From Alphaproteobacteria bacterium (GTDB lineage Bacteria; Pseudomonadota; Alphaproteobacteria; CAAHEQ01; UBA3637): a DNA stretch of 64,000 nt. Of the stretch, positions 27,759 through 37,050 are shown one piece after another (position 1 is the first letter of the stretch; each line of letters opens with the position of its first letter). The translations under genes were made by a program, and so were the position numbers. The notes under the pieces were generated by a model, which worked only from the letters and a program-made list of their open reading frames with translations, was not told the origin of the DNA and searched no databases. Where the stretch lies: the NCBI GenBank assembly GCA_045118155.1, contig JBGUXS010000078.1, positions 443 through 64,442 of the forward strand. The letters are read 5' to 3'.

Positions 27759-28805
27759 AATACGTGTAATCTCGCTTCCTTGCATCAAAGAAAAACCTAA
27801 GGCTTGGGCTTGTTGTATTTCTTGAGGGGTTTGAATATCAAACAAGATAATTTTTTCTTTAGGATAATTCAAAGTAGCAGCCCATTTCATCTGTTGACTA
27901 TTAATCTTTAGGTAATGCATCGGGATTTTATCCCATGCTAAATAGGATATTTCCTCCGGAATGCGTAATAAAAAGAGGGATTGTTGATAACAAGGTATTT
28001 TTTGAATACTTTGCCATAAATCCCGTTCCCAAAGAAAATCTGATAAACTTATTTCATAAGAAATACCTTGATGTTGATACAATTGGTGCATTTCCTGATA
28101 AACGGGTTGGGTTAAAAGATAAGGACTCGCAGAAAAAACTCCTCCTTGTGTTTTGGGCAATTCCTTTTTTAAAATTTTTGTATACAGCGCATTCTTAAAG
28201 GCCCTTTTCAAATATGTATCAGAATCCAATATCACCTTTGGAAATAGAACTTGACGGACATCAATATCTTTACAAAAAACACTGGTAAATACAGGAACCA
28301 TCTCGGTTAAATCATGAACCTGACAAATGCATTGATGCCGTGTTAAATGTGAAACATCCGCTGTTTTTAGCTCTGATAAAATATGTGTGAGAGTTGGGGT
28401 ATCCAAGGGCAATGAAGGAATTTTTTGAAGCACTTTTAAATCAGAAAAATCTGCTGTTGGGGTTAGCTCTTGATGATTAATTTTATGGATCAAAGCATTA
28501 AAATCTGTGATTAAATTAAAAAATGATAATTTATGTTCTTGGAAAAAGGATTTTTCCAGCCCCTTTAATTTCAAGGAAAGCAACATCATATCCTGTAATT
28601 TATTATGGGCAAAAAAGGCAACGCTATCCCCTTCGCTTAAAAAGAACAATTTCGTTTGATATGTCTGTTCAAAAGAACTCAAAAAATGCAAAAGAACCTT
28701 TTTTTTCTCATCTTCTTTAGGTAAAGGAATATAAAGAGCATGCCCTTTAAATGTTCTTTTTTCAAGATATTTGAGATAGTCAAAAACACTATTATACCGC
28801 ATCAT
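27735..28805 (-). CDS. hypothetical protein with a degenerate EAL-like C-terminal domain
   Basis: C-terminal ...YLKINSQQM...KIILFDIQTPQEIQQAQALGFSLMQG mirrors the EAL end (KID...EGVE...GCD..QG) but lacks the catalytic residues. Confidence 0.5.
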   Translation of the reverse strand: MMRYNSVFDYLKYLEKRTFKGHALYIPLPKEDEKKKVLLHFLSSFEQTYQTKLFFLSEGDSVAFFAHNKLQDMMLLSLKLKGLEKSFFQEHKLSFFNLITDFNALIHKINHQELTPTADFSDLKVLQKIPSLPLDTPTLTHILSELKTADVSHLTRHQCICQVHDLTEMVPVFTSVFCKDIDVRQVLFPKVILDSDTYLKRAFKNALYTKILKKELPKTQGGVFSASPYLLTQPVYQEMHQLYQHQGISYEISLSDFLWERDLWQSIQKIPCYQQSLFLLRIPEEISYLAWDKIPMHYLKINSQQMKWAATLNYPKEKIILFDIQTPQEIQQAQALGFSLMQGSEITRILHGNMLT

Positions 28806-29874
28806 ATCCCCTTAAATGTTGCACACACACGCATTGTGATGCTTGATGCGGGATCGCCCCCATTTGCATACACGTTTGTAAAGCACAATCTCCCCCATAT
28901 GGACACGTTTTTTTTCGAGAAGCCGCATGAATCAAATCAATAAAATCACCTTGAAAAAAGGTATATGGGGAAGACAGAATTTGAGTTAATTTTTCTTGCG
29001 TATCCACTCCTGTTACAAAAACAGGAACATGATTGATTGATTGTGTTAAACAAACTTCTACGGGAAGAAGTAAAAAATCAGCTTCTAATAAATCAAAACG
29101 ATAAAAGGCCGTTTCTGCAGTAATGCCCCCAATACCTAACCGATACTGTTTTCCTGGACGAGTTAGGGCTTCCTTATACAGATTTTTATTTAACAAGACT
29201 TCTGCAATATCTAAAATAATCCAAACTGGGTCATTATTTTCAATCCAAGCACTTTCCAACGTTCCTTGCACCATCAAAGGCAATGTCGTTTGTTTAAACA
29301 GCTCTTTATTTGGGTGTTGCAATAATTGTTTCTGTATTTTCTGAACTAACCACATTGGAAGCTGATCCATATTGTTTTTTAAGGTCCATGTATATCCCCA
29401 CAGAGAGTTGCTCCCCTTTTGATAAATTACCCGCCTAAACCAACTATTTTTTTCGGGAATATCTTTTAAAAAAGCCTCATAATCAACCTCTTGATTCGTT
29501 TGCTTTTTAGCTATCTGAATCAGGGACAAAACCCCCATCAAATCCTGTGGTAAATGGAACAAGCGTACATTTTCTTCTTTTTTTCCTGTTTGAATTTGAA
29601 AAAATGTTTGAATTTGGCGCATCACATCCACAACTTGATGTTCATCAAGATCAACCCCTATTAATAAACGATCTTGTTGTTCAAATGTAAAAAGCCGACA
29701 ATATTCATACGCTAATAACGGTTCTAATAAATGTTCTATGACGTGCATCAACCTTTCGGCCCCTGGCAGACCTAATAATTGACTTGTCCCTATCCAAAGG
29801 ACAACCGACGGTGTTTCTAAAGCAGCGACACGCTTTATTGTTTCTAAGGCCAGTTGTTCTTGTGTCTCATACAT
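28792..29874 (-). CDS. hypothetical protein with a degenerate EAL-like domain and a Cys-rich C-terminal tail
   Basis: YRLGIGGITAETAFYRFDLLEADFLLLPVEV...VPVFVTGVDTQEKL...FQGDF parallels the EAL DDFGTG...KIDRSF...EGVET...QGY layout. Tail TCPYGGDCALQTCMQMG...QCVCVQH. Confidence 0.5.
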   Translation of the reverse strand: MYETQEQLALETIKRVAALETPSVVLWIGTSQLLGLPGAERLMHVIEHLLEPLLAYEYCRLFTFEQQDRLLIGVDLDEHQVVDVMRQIQTFFQIQTGKKEENVRLFHLPQDLMGVLSLIQIAKKQTNQEVDYEAFLKDIPEKNSWFRRVIYQKGSNSLWGYTWTLKNNMDQLPMWLVQKIQKQLLQHPNKELFKQTTLPLMVQGTLESAWIENNDPVWIILDIAEVLLNKNLYKEALTRPGKQYRLGIGGITAETAFYRFDLLEADFLLLPVEVCLTQSINHVPVFVTGVDTQEKLTQILSSPYTFFQGDFIDLIHAASRKKTCPYGGDCALQTCMQMGAIPHQASQCVCVQHLRGYDAV

Positions 29875-29980
29875 TTTTTCTTCCTAAACTTGAGCTTTCA
29901 GTATAAAGGATATCCTTGAAAAAACAACTTGTTTTTTTGGGAAAAATCTTGCATACTCCTTTCAATAGGAGGAATCACAC

Positions 29981-31951
29981 ATGCATTACTTAACAGGGGA
30001 AGAAGTTTCTGTCACATCCTTAAAAACAATAGCCCAAGAATTTGGTTTTATGTTGTGGCCGCACCCCGATGATCCTTTCTTATTGCATAAAACACCCTAT
30101 CAAAGTTTTCCAGAAATGCTTTCTGTCCTTACAGATCATATTACAGAAAAAAAACTTAATTCCCTCTTCACTTTCCCTGTTTCTTTCATCTTAGATGCGA
30201 ATGCACAATCTGAATCCTTACATAACTTCTTTAAATATCAAGCCCGTAACCAATTGGATAAAACCATCGGTGTCTTGCTAACTTGCCCCGTTATTTACGC
30301 CTGTGATGTTGCGCAAATTTTTACCGAAGCCTTACATCAACGATTACACTTTCCTAGCACACGTTACAGTAATATTCATATGGCTATTCATGAAGCGCTC
30401 GTCAATGGTTTAGTGCATGGAAATCTAAAACTACCTAGTTCTTTACGGCAATCAGCTCGTGATTTCGTTGATTACGCCCGCATTGTTAATGAACGCTTAT
30501 TAGACCCTGCCTATGCTAATAAATCCATCAGTATTTGGGCTACTTGGAATACCTCTAGATTGGAAATTAAGATTCGGGACGAAGGGGCTGGATATACGGT
30601 TTTACCCCCCCATAAAAAACATGTGGCAGAAAAACGTTCTGGACGGGGGCTTTATCTAATTGCCGGAACTGCTGATTCCTGCACAATTGATGATTTTGGG
30701 CGAGAAATCACATTATCTTTTATTCTAAATAATCTAAACAACGAACAAGATATCGGGGTTTCTGAAAATGCGGCTTTACTGCATGATCCTGTAACCGATT
30801 TTTCGGATTGTCGTATTTTAATCATTGAAGATAACCCCAGTAATCAAATCTTGGTTTCACAACTTTTAAACGTGGTTGGAATTGGTCATATTGAAACAGC
30901 TCAAGATGGGGTTGAAGGCCTTGAAAAAGCATTCAGTATGAAACCAGACTTAGTCATTTTGGACATCACTATGCCCCGAATGAATGGATATGAAGTACTT
31001 CACCAACTCAGAACAAATCAAGATACGGCCTCTATCCCGGTTTTAATTCAAACGGCTTCTGATACACGGGCAGCACGGGATAAAACTTTTAGTGCGGGGG
31101 CAACAGACTTTATCACAAAGCCATTAAATCCTTTGGAATTTTTCTCTCGGATACGGGTACACTTAGAAAATAGATTACTTGTAAAACATCTTGAAACGAA
31201 ACTCGCTCAAATCAATGAAGAACTAGAACTTGCCCAAAAAATGCAAGAAAGTTTATTACCCCCCACGGAAGCACTTCAAGATATCAGCCAACGTTATCAT
31301 CTAGATATTTCTTATACGTTCTTACCTTCTTCCCATTTAGGGGGGGATTTCTGGCAAATTTTTCCATTGGCTAAAGATAAGGTCGCTTTTTATATTTGCG
31401 ATTTTTCGGGACATGGGGTAAGTGCTGCCATGAATACGTTCCGATTACACACCTTAATCGGGCAAATGGATATGACGGCATTGAAAAAGCCTTCCGAATT
31501 TCTTTTTATGCTTAATAATTCTTTGGTCAACTTGTTGCCCAGGGGACAATTTGCTACTTTCTTCTTTGGTATTTTAAACAAGCGACAAGGAACATTAACA
31601 TATGCTGGGGCCAGTTCGCCCTTCCCTATTTTGGTTAAGGACAACAAACCCTCTTTCTTAGATACTTCCGGGATGCCTTTGGGAATTTTAAAGGACGTTA
31701 CTTATAAAGATAAAAAGGTACCATTTTCCAAAGAAATGGGCATTTTACTATACAGTGACTCTTTCACTGAACAACAAAATAAAGAAGGAAATCGCCTTGA
31801 TTATGATGGTTTTATGAAAATGACTCAGACGTGTTTCTCAGAAAAAACATCTCAACAAGTCATTGCCCAAATCATGCAAAAATTTCATGAATTTTCTGAC
31901 ACCCCTAGTACCGATGATATTACGGCTGTCTATTTGAAAGGCCTCTTATGA
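29981..31951 (+). CDS. multidomain signalling protein: RsbW-like HATPase_c_2 kinase domain, receiver (REC) domain and PP2C/SpoIIE phosphatase
   Basis: N-box IHEALVNGLVHGN, G-boxes IRDEGAGY and GRGLYLIAG. REC domain ILIIEDNP...DLVILDITMP...ITKP. PP2C domain GGDFW...ICDFSGHGVSAAM...DDITAV. Confidence 0.75.
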   Translation: MHYLTGEEVSVTSLKTIAQEFGFMLWPHPDDPFLLHKTPYQSFPEMLSVLTDHITEKKLNSLFTFPVSFILDANAQSESLHNFFKYQARNQLDKTIGVLLTCPVIYACDVAQIFTEALHQRLHFPSTRYSNIHMAIHEALVNGLVHGNLKLPSSLRQSARDFVDYARIVNERLLDPAYANKSISIWATWNTSRLEIKIRDEGAGYTVLPPHKKHVAEKRSGRGLYLIAGTADSCTIDDFGREITLSFILNNLNNEQDIGVSENAALLHDPVTDFSDCRILIIEDNPSNQILVSQLLNVVGIGHIETAQDGVEGLEKAFSMKPDLVILDITMPRMNGYEVLHQLRTNQDTASIPVLIQTASDTRAARDKTFSAGATDFITKPLNPLEFFSRIRVHLENRLLVKHLETKLAQINEELELAQKMQESLLPPTEALQDISQRYHLDISYTFLPSSHLGGDFWQIFPLAKDKVAFYICDFSGHGVSAAMNTFRLHTLIGQMDMTALKKPSEFLFMLNNSLVNLLPRGQFATFFFGILNKRQGTLTYAGASSPFPILVKDNKPSFLDTSGMPLGILKDVTYKDKKVPFSKEMGILLYSDSFTEQQNKEGNRLDYDGFMKMTQTCFSEKTSQQVIAQIMQKFHEFSDTPSTDDITAVYLKGLL

Positions 31952-32655
31952 TTCGGGTGTATATAGAGGCTCTGGACCCTAAAAAACCAACACCTCTTTC
32001 TGTGGATCACTATCATTATTTGGCCCACGTTATGCGTTTAAAAGCGGGGGACAGTTTTTTAGCGTTTAATCAACTTCAAGGGGAATTTTTAGCTGTATTT
32101 CAACCTAAAAACAAAAAAGAAGGTCATCTTTTACTACAAAAACAAACGCGTTTACCAGAACAACCTCGTCCGCCTGTAACACTTTATATCGCCCCTATCC
32201 GAAAAGAAAAAATGGAACTTGTGTTACAAAAGGCAACAGAAATTGGCGTAGAGATCATCCAACCTATTTTAACGAAACATACATGCCATCGGCCTTTATC
32301 AAAAGAACGGGCGGATATTATTATAAAAGAAGCGGTAGAACAATCTGAACGGCTGACATTACCTAATTGGCTTCCCCCTATATCTTTGGAAGAACTTCTT
32401 ATTAAACGTTCAACAGATATCCCTCTTTTTTACCTATCCGAACGAGGGGAAACGCAACATATTTCTTTGCCCGCCCCTCCTATAAGCTTTCTTATCGGAC
32501 CAGAAGGGGGATTTTCTAAGGAAGAAATTACCTTATTAGGTCAACAAAAAAACGCCCAAGCTATCAACCTAGGCGCTTTTATTCTACGGGCGGAAACAGC
32601 CGCTATTGCTATGCTAGCGACCTACCGCTTTCATAAACTGTTTTATACAGCTTGA
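31948..32655 (+). CDS. rsmE: 16S rRNA (uracil1498-N3)-methyltransferase
   Basis: MIRVYIE...HYLAHVMRLKAGDSFLAFNQLQGEF... with a C-terminal SPOUT fold. Confidence 0.8.
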   Translation: MIRVYIEALDPKKPTPLSVDHYHYLAHVMRLKAGDSFLAFNQLQGEFLAVFQPKNKKEGHLLLQKQTRLPEQPRPPVTLYIAPIRKEKMELVLQKATEIGVEIIQPILTKHTCHRPLSKERADIIIKEAVEQSERLTLPNWLPPISLEELLIKRSTDIPLFYLSERGETQHISLPAPPISFLIGPEGGFSKEEITLLGQQKNAQAINLGAFILRAETAAIAMLATYRFHKLFYTA

Positions 32656-32831
32656 CGTAGTTTTTCCTCACAGCAACACTTTTCTTCAACAAACCATATA
32701 CGATCTTCAAATTCGGATTTTTTCCCCTTATTGAATTGGCTAACAGGACGAAAATACCCCATAACCCGTGTCCAACATTCCACCGCTTGACGTTCATTAG
32801 AAAATTTTTCTAAAATTTGGTTATCTGTCAT
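32643..32831 (-). CDS. stand-alone glycyl-radical domain (NrdD C-terminal-like) small protein, 62 aa
   Basis: RVMGYFRPVSQFNKGKKSEFEDRIWF matches the class III RNR glycyl-radical motif (RVCGY...N.GK..E..DR). ATGA overlap with the nrdD stop. Confidence 0.6.
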   Translation of the reverse strand: MTDNQILEKFSNERQAVECWTRVMGYFRPVSQFNKGKKSEFEDRIWFVEEKCCCEEKLRQAV

Positions 32832-34897
32832 GCTTTGTTCTCCTTTTCTGCAAGTTCTTGACGTTTTTTTTCAATGAGTTCCGCATCACACTTTGGGCAG
32901 AACTTGTGTTCCCCACTAATATACCCATGCTTGGGGCAAATAGAATAGACAGGGGTAATAGAAACATAAGGAAGATGATAATTTTCTAATACCCGTCTAA
33001 TAAGTGATTTACAAACACTTGCTGAAGAAATCCGTTCATTCATATACAGGTGCAAAACCGTTCCCCCTGTATACTGTGTTTGCAATTCATCTTGATAATC
33101 CAACGCTTTAAACGGATCATCTGTGAAGTTCTGTGGTAATTGAGAAGAGTTTGTATAATAGGGGGCCTCTTTCTTTCCTGCTTGAATAATACCAGGATAG
33201 CGTTTTTGATCTTCTTTGGCAAAACGATATGTTGTCCCTTCAGCTGGCGTTGCTTCCAAATTGTACATATTTCCTGTTTCTGCTTGGAAATCCAGCATTT
33301 TTTCCCGAATATGTGTTAAAAATTCTTTAGCCATCGCCCGCCCTTTTTCCGAAGCAATGTATTCTTCATCATTAGTAAAGTTCCGAATCATTTCATTAAT
33401 ACCATTAACCCCAATCGTGGAAAAATGATTTCGGAATGTTCCTAAATATCGCCGTGTATAAGGATACAACCCCCGATCCATGTGCATTGAAATGGTTTTA
33501 CGTTTAATTTCTAAGGAAGTCTTCGCTAATTCCAGTAATTCATCCAAACGTTTATACAATTCCTCTTTCTTCCCCTTATACAGGTATCCCAAACGGGCAC
33601 AGTTAATTGTAACAACCCCAATAGACCCCGTTTGTTCTGCTGAACCAAATAAACCACCACCTCGTTTTTTCAATTCCGTCAAATCCAACCGTAACCGACA
33701 ACACATTGAACGAATATCTGAAGGCTTCATATCAGAACTAACATAGTTTGAAAAATAGGGTAATCCATATTTAGCCGTCATTTCAAATAACAATTCCGTA
33801 TTTTCAGAATCCCATGGGAATTCATTTGTAATATTGTATGTCGGGATAGGGAAAGTAAACGGCCGCCCTTTGGCATCCCCACTTCCCATAACTTCTAAAT
33901 AAGCCCTATTAATCATATCCATTTCTTTTTGCAGATCACCATAAACAAAATCTTGTTCCACCCCCCCAATGATAGGGTGCCGATTCTTCAAATCTTCAGG
34001 GCAATTCCAATCAAAAGTTAAGTTCGTAAAGGGTGTCTGTGTCCCCCAACGCGATGGTACATTCAAGTTAAAGATGAAGGATTGCATCGCTTGTTTTACT
34101 TCTTCATAAGGTAATTTTTCAATTCGTATAAATGGTGCTAAGTACGTATCCACAGAAGAAAACGCCTGTGCCCCAGCCCATTCATTCTGCAAAGTCCCCA
34201 AGAAATTAATCATCTGGCTAAACGCAGAAACAAGGTGTTTTGGCGGTTTAGATTCTGTCTTATTGGGAACCCCATTAAAACCTTCTTCTAATAAAACCCT
34301 TAAGGACCACCCTGCACAATACCCACTCAACATATCCAAATCATGAATATGATAATCCCCATTTCGGTGAGCTTCCCCAATTTCTGGCGTATACACGTGG
34401 CTCAACCAATAATTGGCCACCACCTTTCCTGCCGTATTTAAAATCAATCCCCCTAAGGAATATCCTTGATTAGCATTTGCGTTCACCCGCCAATCTGACC
34501 GATCTAAATATTCATTAATAGAAGCCACCGCATCAATAACCGTTTTCTTATCATTCCGCATTTTTCCGCGTTGTTCACGGTACACGATATAAGCCCGGGC
34601 AGTTTTGTAATAATTAGAGGAAATTAAAACCTGTTCAACCACATCTTGAATTTGCTCAATATTAGGATAAACCCCGAAAGCAAACCGATGCTTTAAAACC
34701 TTAATAACTTGTCTTGTTAATAACCACGCTTCATCTTGACCGAATTCAGCCGTTGCTTCCCCAGCTTTCAAAATAGCAACCATAATTTTAGTCACATCAA
34801 ACGGATACTGTTGCCCATCCCGTTTAATTACATAGCTCAACGGACTAATATCAATGGTTACATTTAGCGGCTGGGCTCCTGTCAAAACTTGCAACAT
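32828..34897 (-). CDS. nrdD: anaerobic (class III) ribonucleoside-triphosphate reductase, large catalytic part without a glycyl-radical domain
   Basis: N-terminal ATP-cone (VIKRDGQQYPFDVTKI...AYIVYREQR). SMCCRLRLD region. C-terminal Zn ribbon CPKHG...CPKC. The ORF ends before any RVxGY motif. Confidence 0.75.
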   Translation of the reverse strand: MLQVLTGAQPLNVTIDISPLSYVIKRDGQQYPFDVTKIMVAILKAGEATAEFGQDEAWLLTRQVIKVLKHRFAFGVYPNIEQIQDVVEQVLISSNYYKTARAYIVYREQRGKMRNDKKTVIDAVASINEYLDRSDWRVNANANQGYSLGGLILNTAGKVVANYWLSHVYTPEIGEAHRNGDYHIHDLDMLSGYCAGWSLRVLLEEGFNGVPNKTESKPPKHLVSAFSQMINFLGTLQNEWAGAQAFSSVDTYLAPFIRIEKLPYEEVKQAMQSFIFNLNVPSRWGTQTPFTNLTFDWNCPEDLKNRHPIIGGVEQDFVYGDLQKEMDMINRAYLEVMGSGDAKGRPFTFPIPTYNITNEFPWDSENTELLFEMTAKYGLPYFSNYVSSDMKPSDIRSMCCRLRLDLTELKKRGGGLFGSAEQTGSIGVVTINCARLGYLYKGKKEELYKRLDELLELAKTSLEIKRKTISMHMDRGLYPYTRRYLGTFRNHFSTIGVNGINEMIRNFTNDEEYIASEKGRAMAKEFLTHIREKMLDFQAETGNMYNLEATPAEGTTYRFAKEDQKRYPGIIQAGKKEAPYYTNSSQLPQNFTDDPFKALDYQDELQTQYTGGTVLHLYMNERISSASVCKSLIRRVLENYHLPYVSITPVYSICPKHGYISGEHKFCPKCDAELIEKKRQELAEKENKA

Positions 34898-35056
34898 ATA
34901 GTCTTTCCTTTCTTAAAAATTACTAAATATAGTTGTTTTACTCCTTTTTTTCTTTTTCTAGTCAACCGTTTTTCTCCCCCAAAGTCAATAGCTATTTTAA
35001 AAATAAAACAACTTTTTTTTAAACTCATTGAAAAATAGAAATATTTTTTAATGAAT

Positions 35057-35758
35057 CTATAACAAGCCCTCACGCATCAAAGATGTTACGGATTCTTTTC
35101 CTATGATTAAACTATCAAAAATATCTATATGCAATGGACGTAAAACAGCCTTTATTAGGCGGGTAGCTGTAATATCTTCTTCCGAGGGAATGGCCTCCCC
35201 TGACGGATGATTATGCACCAAAATGATATGACTAGCCCGTTCCACAATAGCCCGTTGTGCAATAACTTCCACAGGGATATGAACCATACGTTTTCCCCCT
35301 TTTTGAATAAGTTCATCTTTCAACAGGTACAATTGGGCATCCAATATCAATAAATGCAGTTCTTCCTCTGTTTTGTGGGCATAATTTAAATGGCAATAAT
35401 CCACTAGATTATCCCAATTTTCTAAAATGGGACGTTGAATCACTTCTAATTTTTTAGCCCGTAACGTCAATTCTAAACAAAACTTAAAAAAGGCCGCAGA
35501 TGTTTCTTGTAATCCTTTTATACTTACTAATTCTTCAACAGGGGCTTGCAAAATTCCCAAAATACTTTGAAAACGATCCATCAGTCGTTTTGCAATAGGG
35601 CGTACATCACATCTAGGGATCACAAACATCAAGCCCAATTCAACAAGATCTGTATCAGAAAGGGCCTCTGGTAACGTCAAAAACCGTGTCCGTAACTTCT
35701 GCCGATGTCCCGTATGGATATACCCAGCATCTTTGGTGGTCTTTGACGTTGTTTTCAT
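35057..35758 (-). CDS. radC: RadC-family JAB/MPN domain protein
   Basis: HNHPSGEAIPSEEDITATRLI JAMM motif. Confidence 0.85.
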   Translation of the reverse strand: MKTTSKTTKDAGYIHTGHRQKLRTRFLTLPEALSDTDLVELGLMFVIPRCDVRPIAKRLMDRFQSILGILQAPVEELVSIKGLQETSAAFFKFCLELTLRAKKLEVIQRPILENWDNLVDYCHLNYAHKTEEELHLLILDAQLYLLKDELIQKGGKRMVHIPVEVIAQRAIVERASHIILVHNHPSGEAIPSEEDITATRLIKAVLRPLHIDIFDSLIIGKESVTSLMREGLL

Positions 35759-36567
35759 TACCTTTCTTCCGCTTGCAGTATATTATTTTTAGAAGGATTT
35801 TTAACAAAGTTCAAAATATCTTGGACATATATATTCTTTCCTAAAGTAGGATCTTCTTCTACCTGTTGTATACGTTCAACAAATGTTGTTCCTTCCTTTT
35901 TGGTAAACAACGCCTTATACGCTTTTTGCAAAACGAAGATATCTTCTTTAGACATACCACGACGTTGCAACCCAATTAAATTGAGCCCTGCTAAATGCGA
36001 AGGGATTCCCCCTAGGGCTATCCCATAAGGAATCACATCCCGTGTAATTCCACACATAGCCCCTATCATCGCACCTTTCCCAATTCTGGTAAATTGCAAA
36101 ACCCCTGCCATCCCCCCAACAGTCACATTATCTTCTACTTTTACATGACCAGCTAAGCTAGCATTATTACTCATAACAATATTGTTTCCTAATTTGCAAT
36201 CATGAGCAATGTGGCTATACGCCAAAAAGAAATTATCATTTCCAATACGGGTAATATTATCATCTACATCTGATCCCCCGATGTGAACAGTAACCCCTTC
36301 TCTAAAAGTGTTTCTATCCCCAATAATTAACAAACCATCCGTTGCATCACAACGTTTATGTTGATGCATTCCCCCAATGGTTGCGAACTGGTACACCGTA
36401 CATCCAGAACCCATCGTTGTATGCCCATCAATCACCGCATGAGAAATTACTTTACAACCTGCCCCCATTTTAACAAAAGGACCTATCGTACAAAAGGGCC
36501 CTATTTCAACATCTTCTGCAAGTTCTGCTTTTGGATCAACAATACTAGTAGGATGAATTTTAACCAT
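35758..36567 (-). CDS. lpxA: acyl-ACP-UDP-N-acetylglucosamine O-acyltransferase
   Basis: Hexapeptide-repeat LbH fold, IHPTSIVDPKAEL... Confidence 0.9.
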   Translation of the reverse strand: MVKIHPTSIVDPKAELAEDVEIGPFCTIGPFVKMGAGCKVISHAVIDGHTTMGSGCTVYQFATIGGMHQHKRCDATDGLLIIGDRNTFREGVTVHIGGSDVDDNITRIGNDNFFLAYSHIAHDCKLGNNIVMSNNASLAGHVKVEDNVTVGGMAGVLQFTRIGKGAMIGAMCGITRDVIPYGIALGGIPSHLAGLNLIGLQRRGMSKEDIFVLQKAYKALFTKKEGTTFVERIQQVEEDPTLGKNIYVQDILNFVKNPSKNNILQAEER

Positions 36568-36576
36568 AATCCCTCC

Positions 36577-37050
36577 TTATGCTTTTTTCAACATCATAGC
36601 ACTAAAGACACACTGTGAAACAAGCTTTCCATCCACATAAGCTTGTCCCCGGAATTTAAACACATTTCTAACGACTTGTTCTTTTGTTACCTTCATTTCC
36701 AAAACATCCCCTGGGACAACAGGTTTTCTAAATTTCGCATCATCTAATGTCATAAAGTACACCATCTGATTATAGCGTTCTTCTTCAGGTAACATCATCA
36801 AGACAACAATTCCTGCAGTTTGTGCCATTGCTTCAATCTGCAAAACCCCTGGCATAACTGGATTTTCTGGGAAATGGCCTTGAAAAAAAGGTTCGTTAAT
36901 GGTAATATTTTTTACACCCGTTCCACTAACCCCAGGAACAATATCTTTAACTCTATCAATCATGATAAACGGATACCGATGCGGCAGCATCTTTAAAATG
37001 GTATCTATTCTAATTTCTGGTAACGTTTCTTCCATAGCCGTATCTGTCAT
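36577..37050 (-). CDS. fabZ: 3-hydroxyacyl-ACP dehydratase
   Basis: [13 protein letters not shown]...GHFP...PGVL hotdog motifs. Confidence 0.9.
   Translation of the reverse strand: MTDTAMEETLPEIRIDTILKMLPHRYPFIMIDRVKDIVPGVSGTGVKNITINEPFFQGHFPENPVMPGVLQIEAMAQTAGIVVLMMLPEEERYNQMVYFMTLDDAKFRKPVVPGDVLEMKVTKEQVVRNVFKFRGQAYVDGKLVSQCVFSAMMLKKA

Noticed and set aside
34898-35056. NrdR boxes upstream of nrdD (actaaatatagttgt; palindrome aatagctatt)
   Set aside because: The match to the acaCwAtATaTwGtgt consensus is poor, and a tandem arrangement is not evident.
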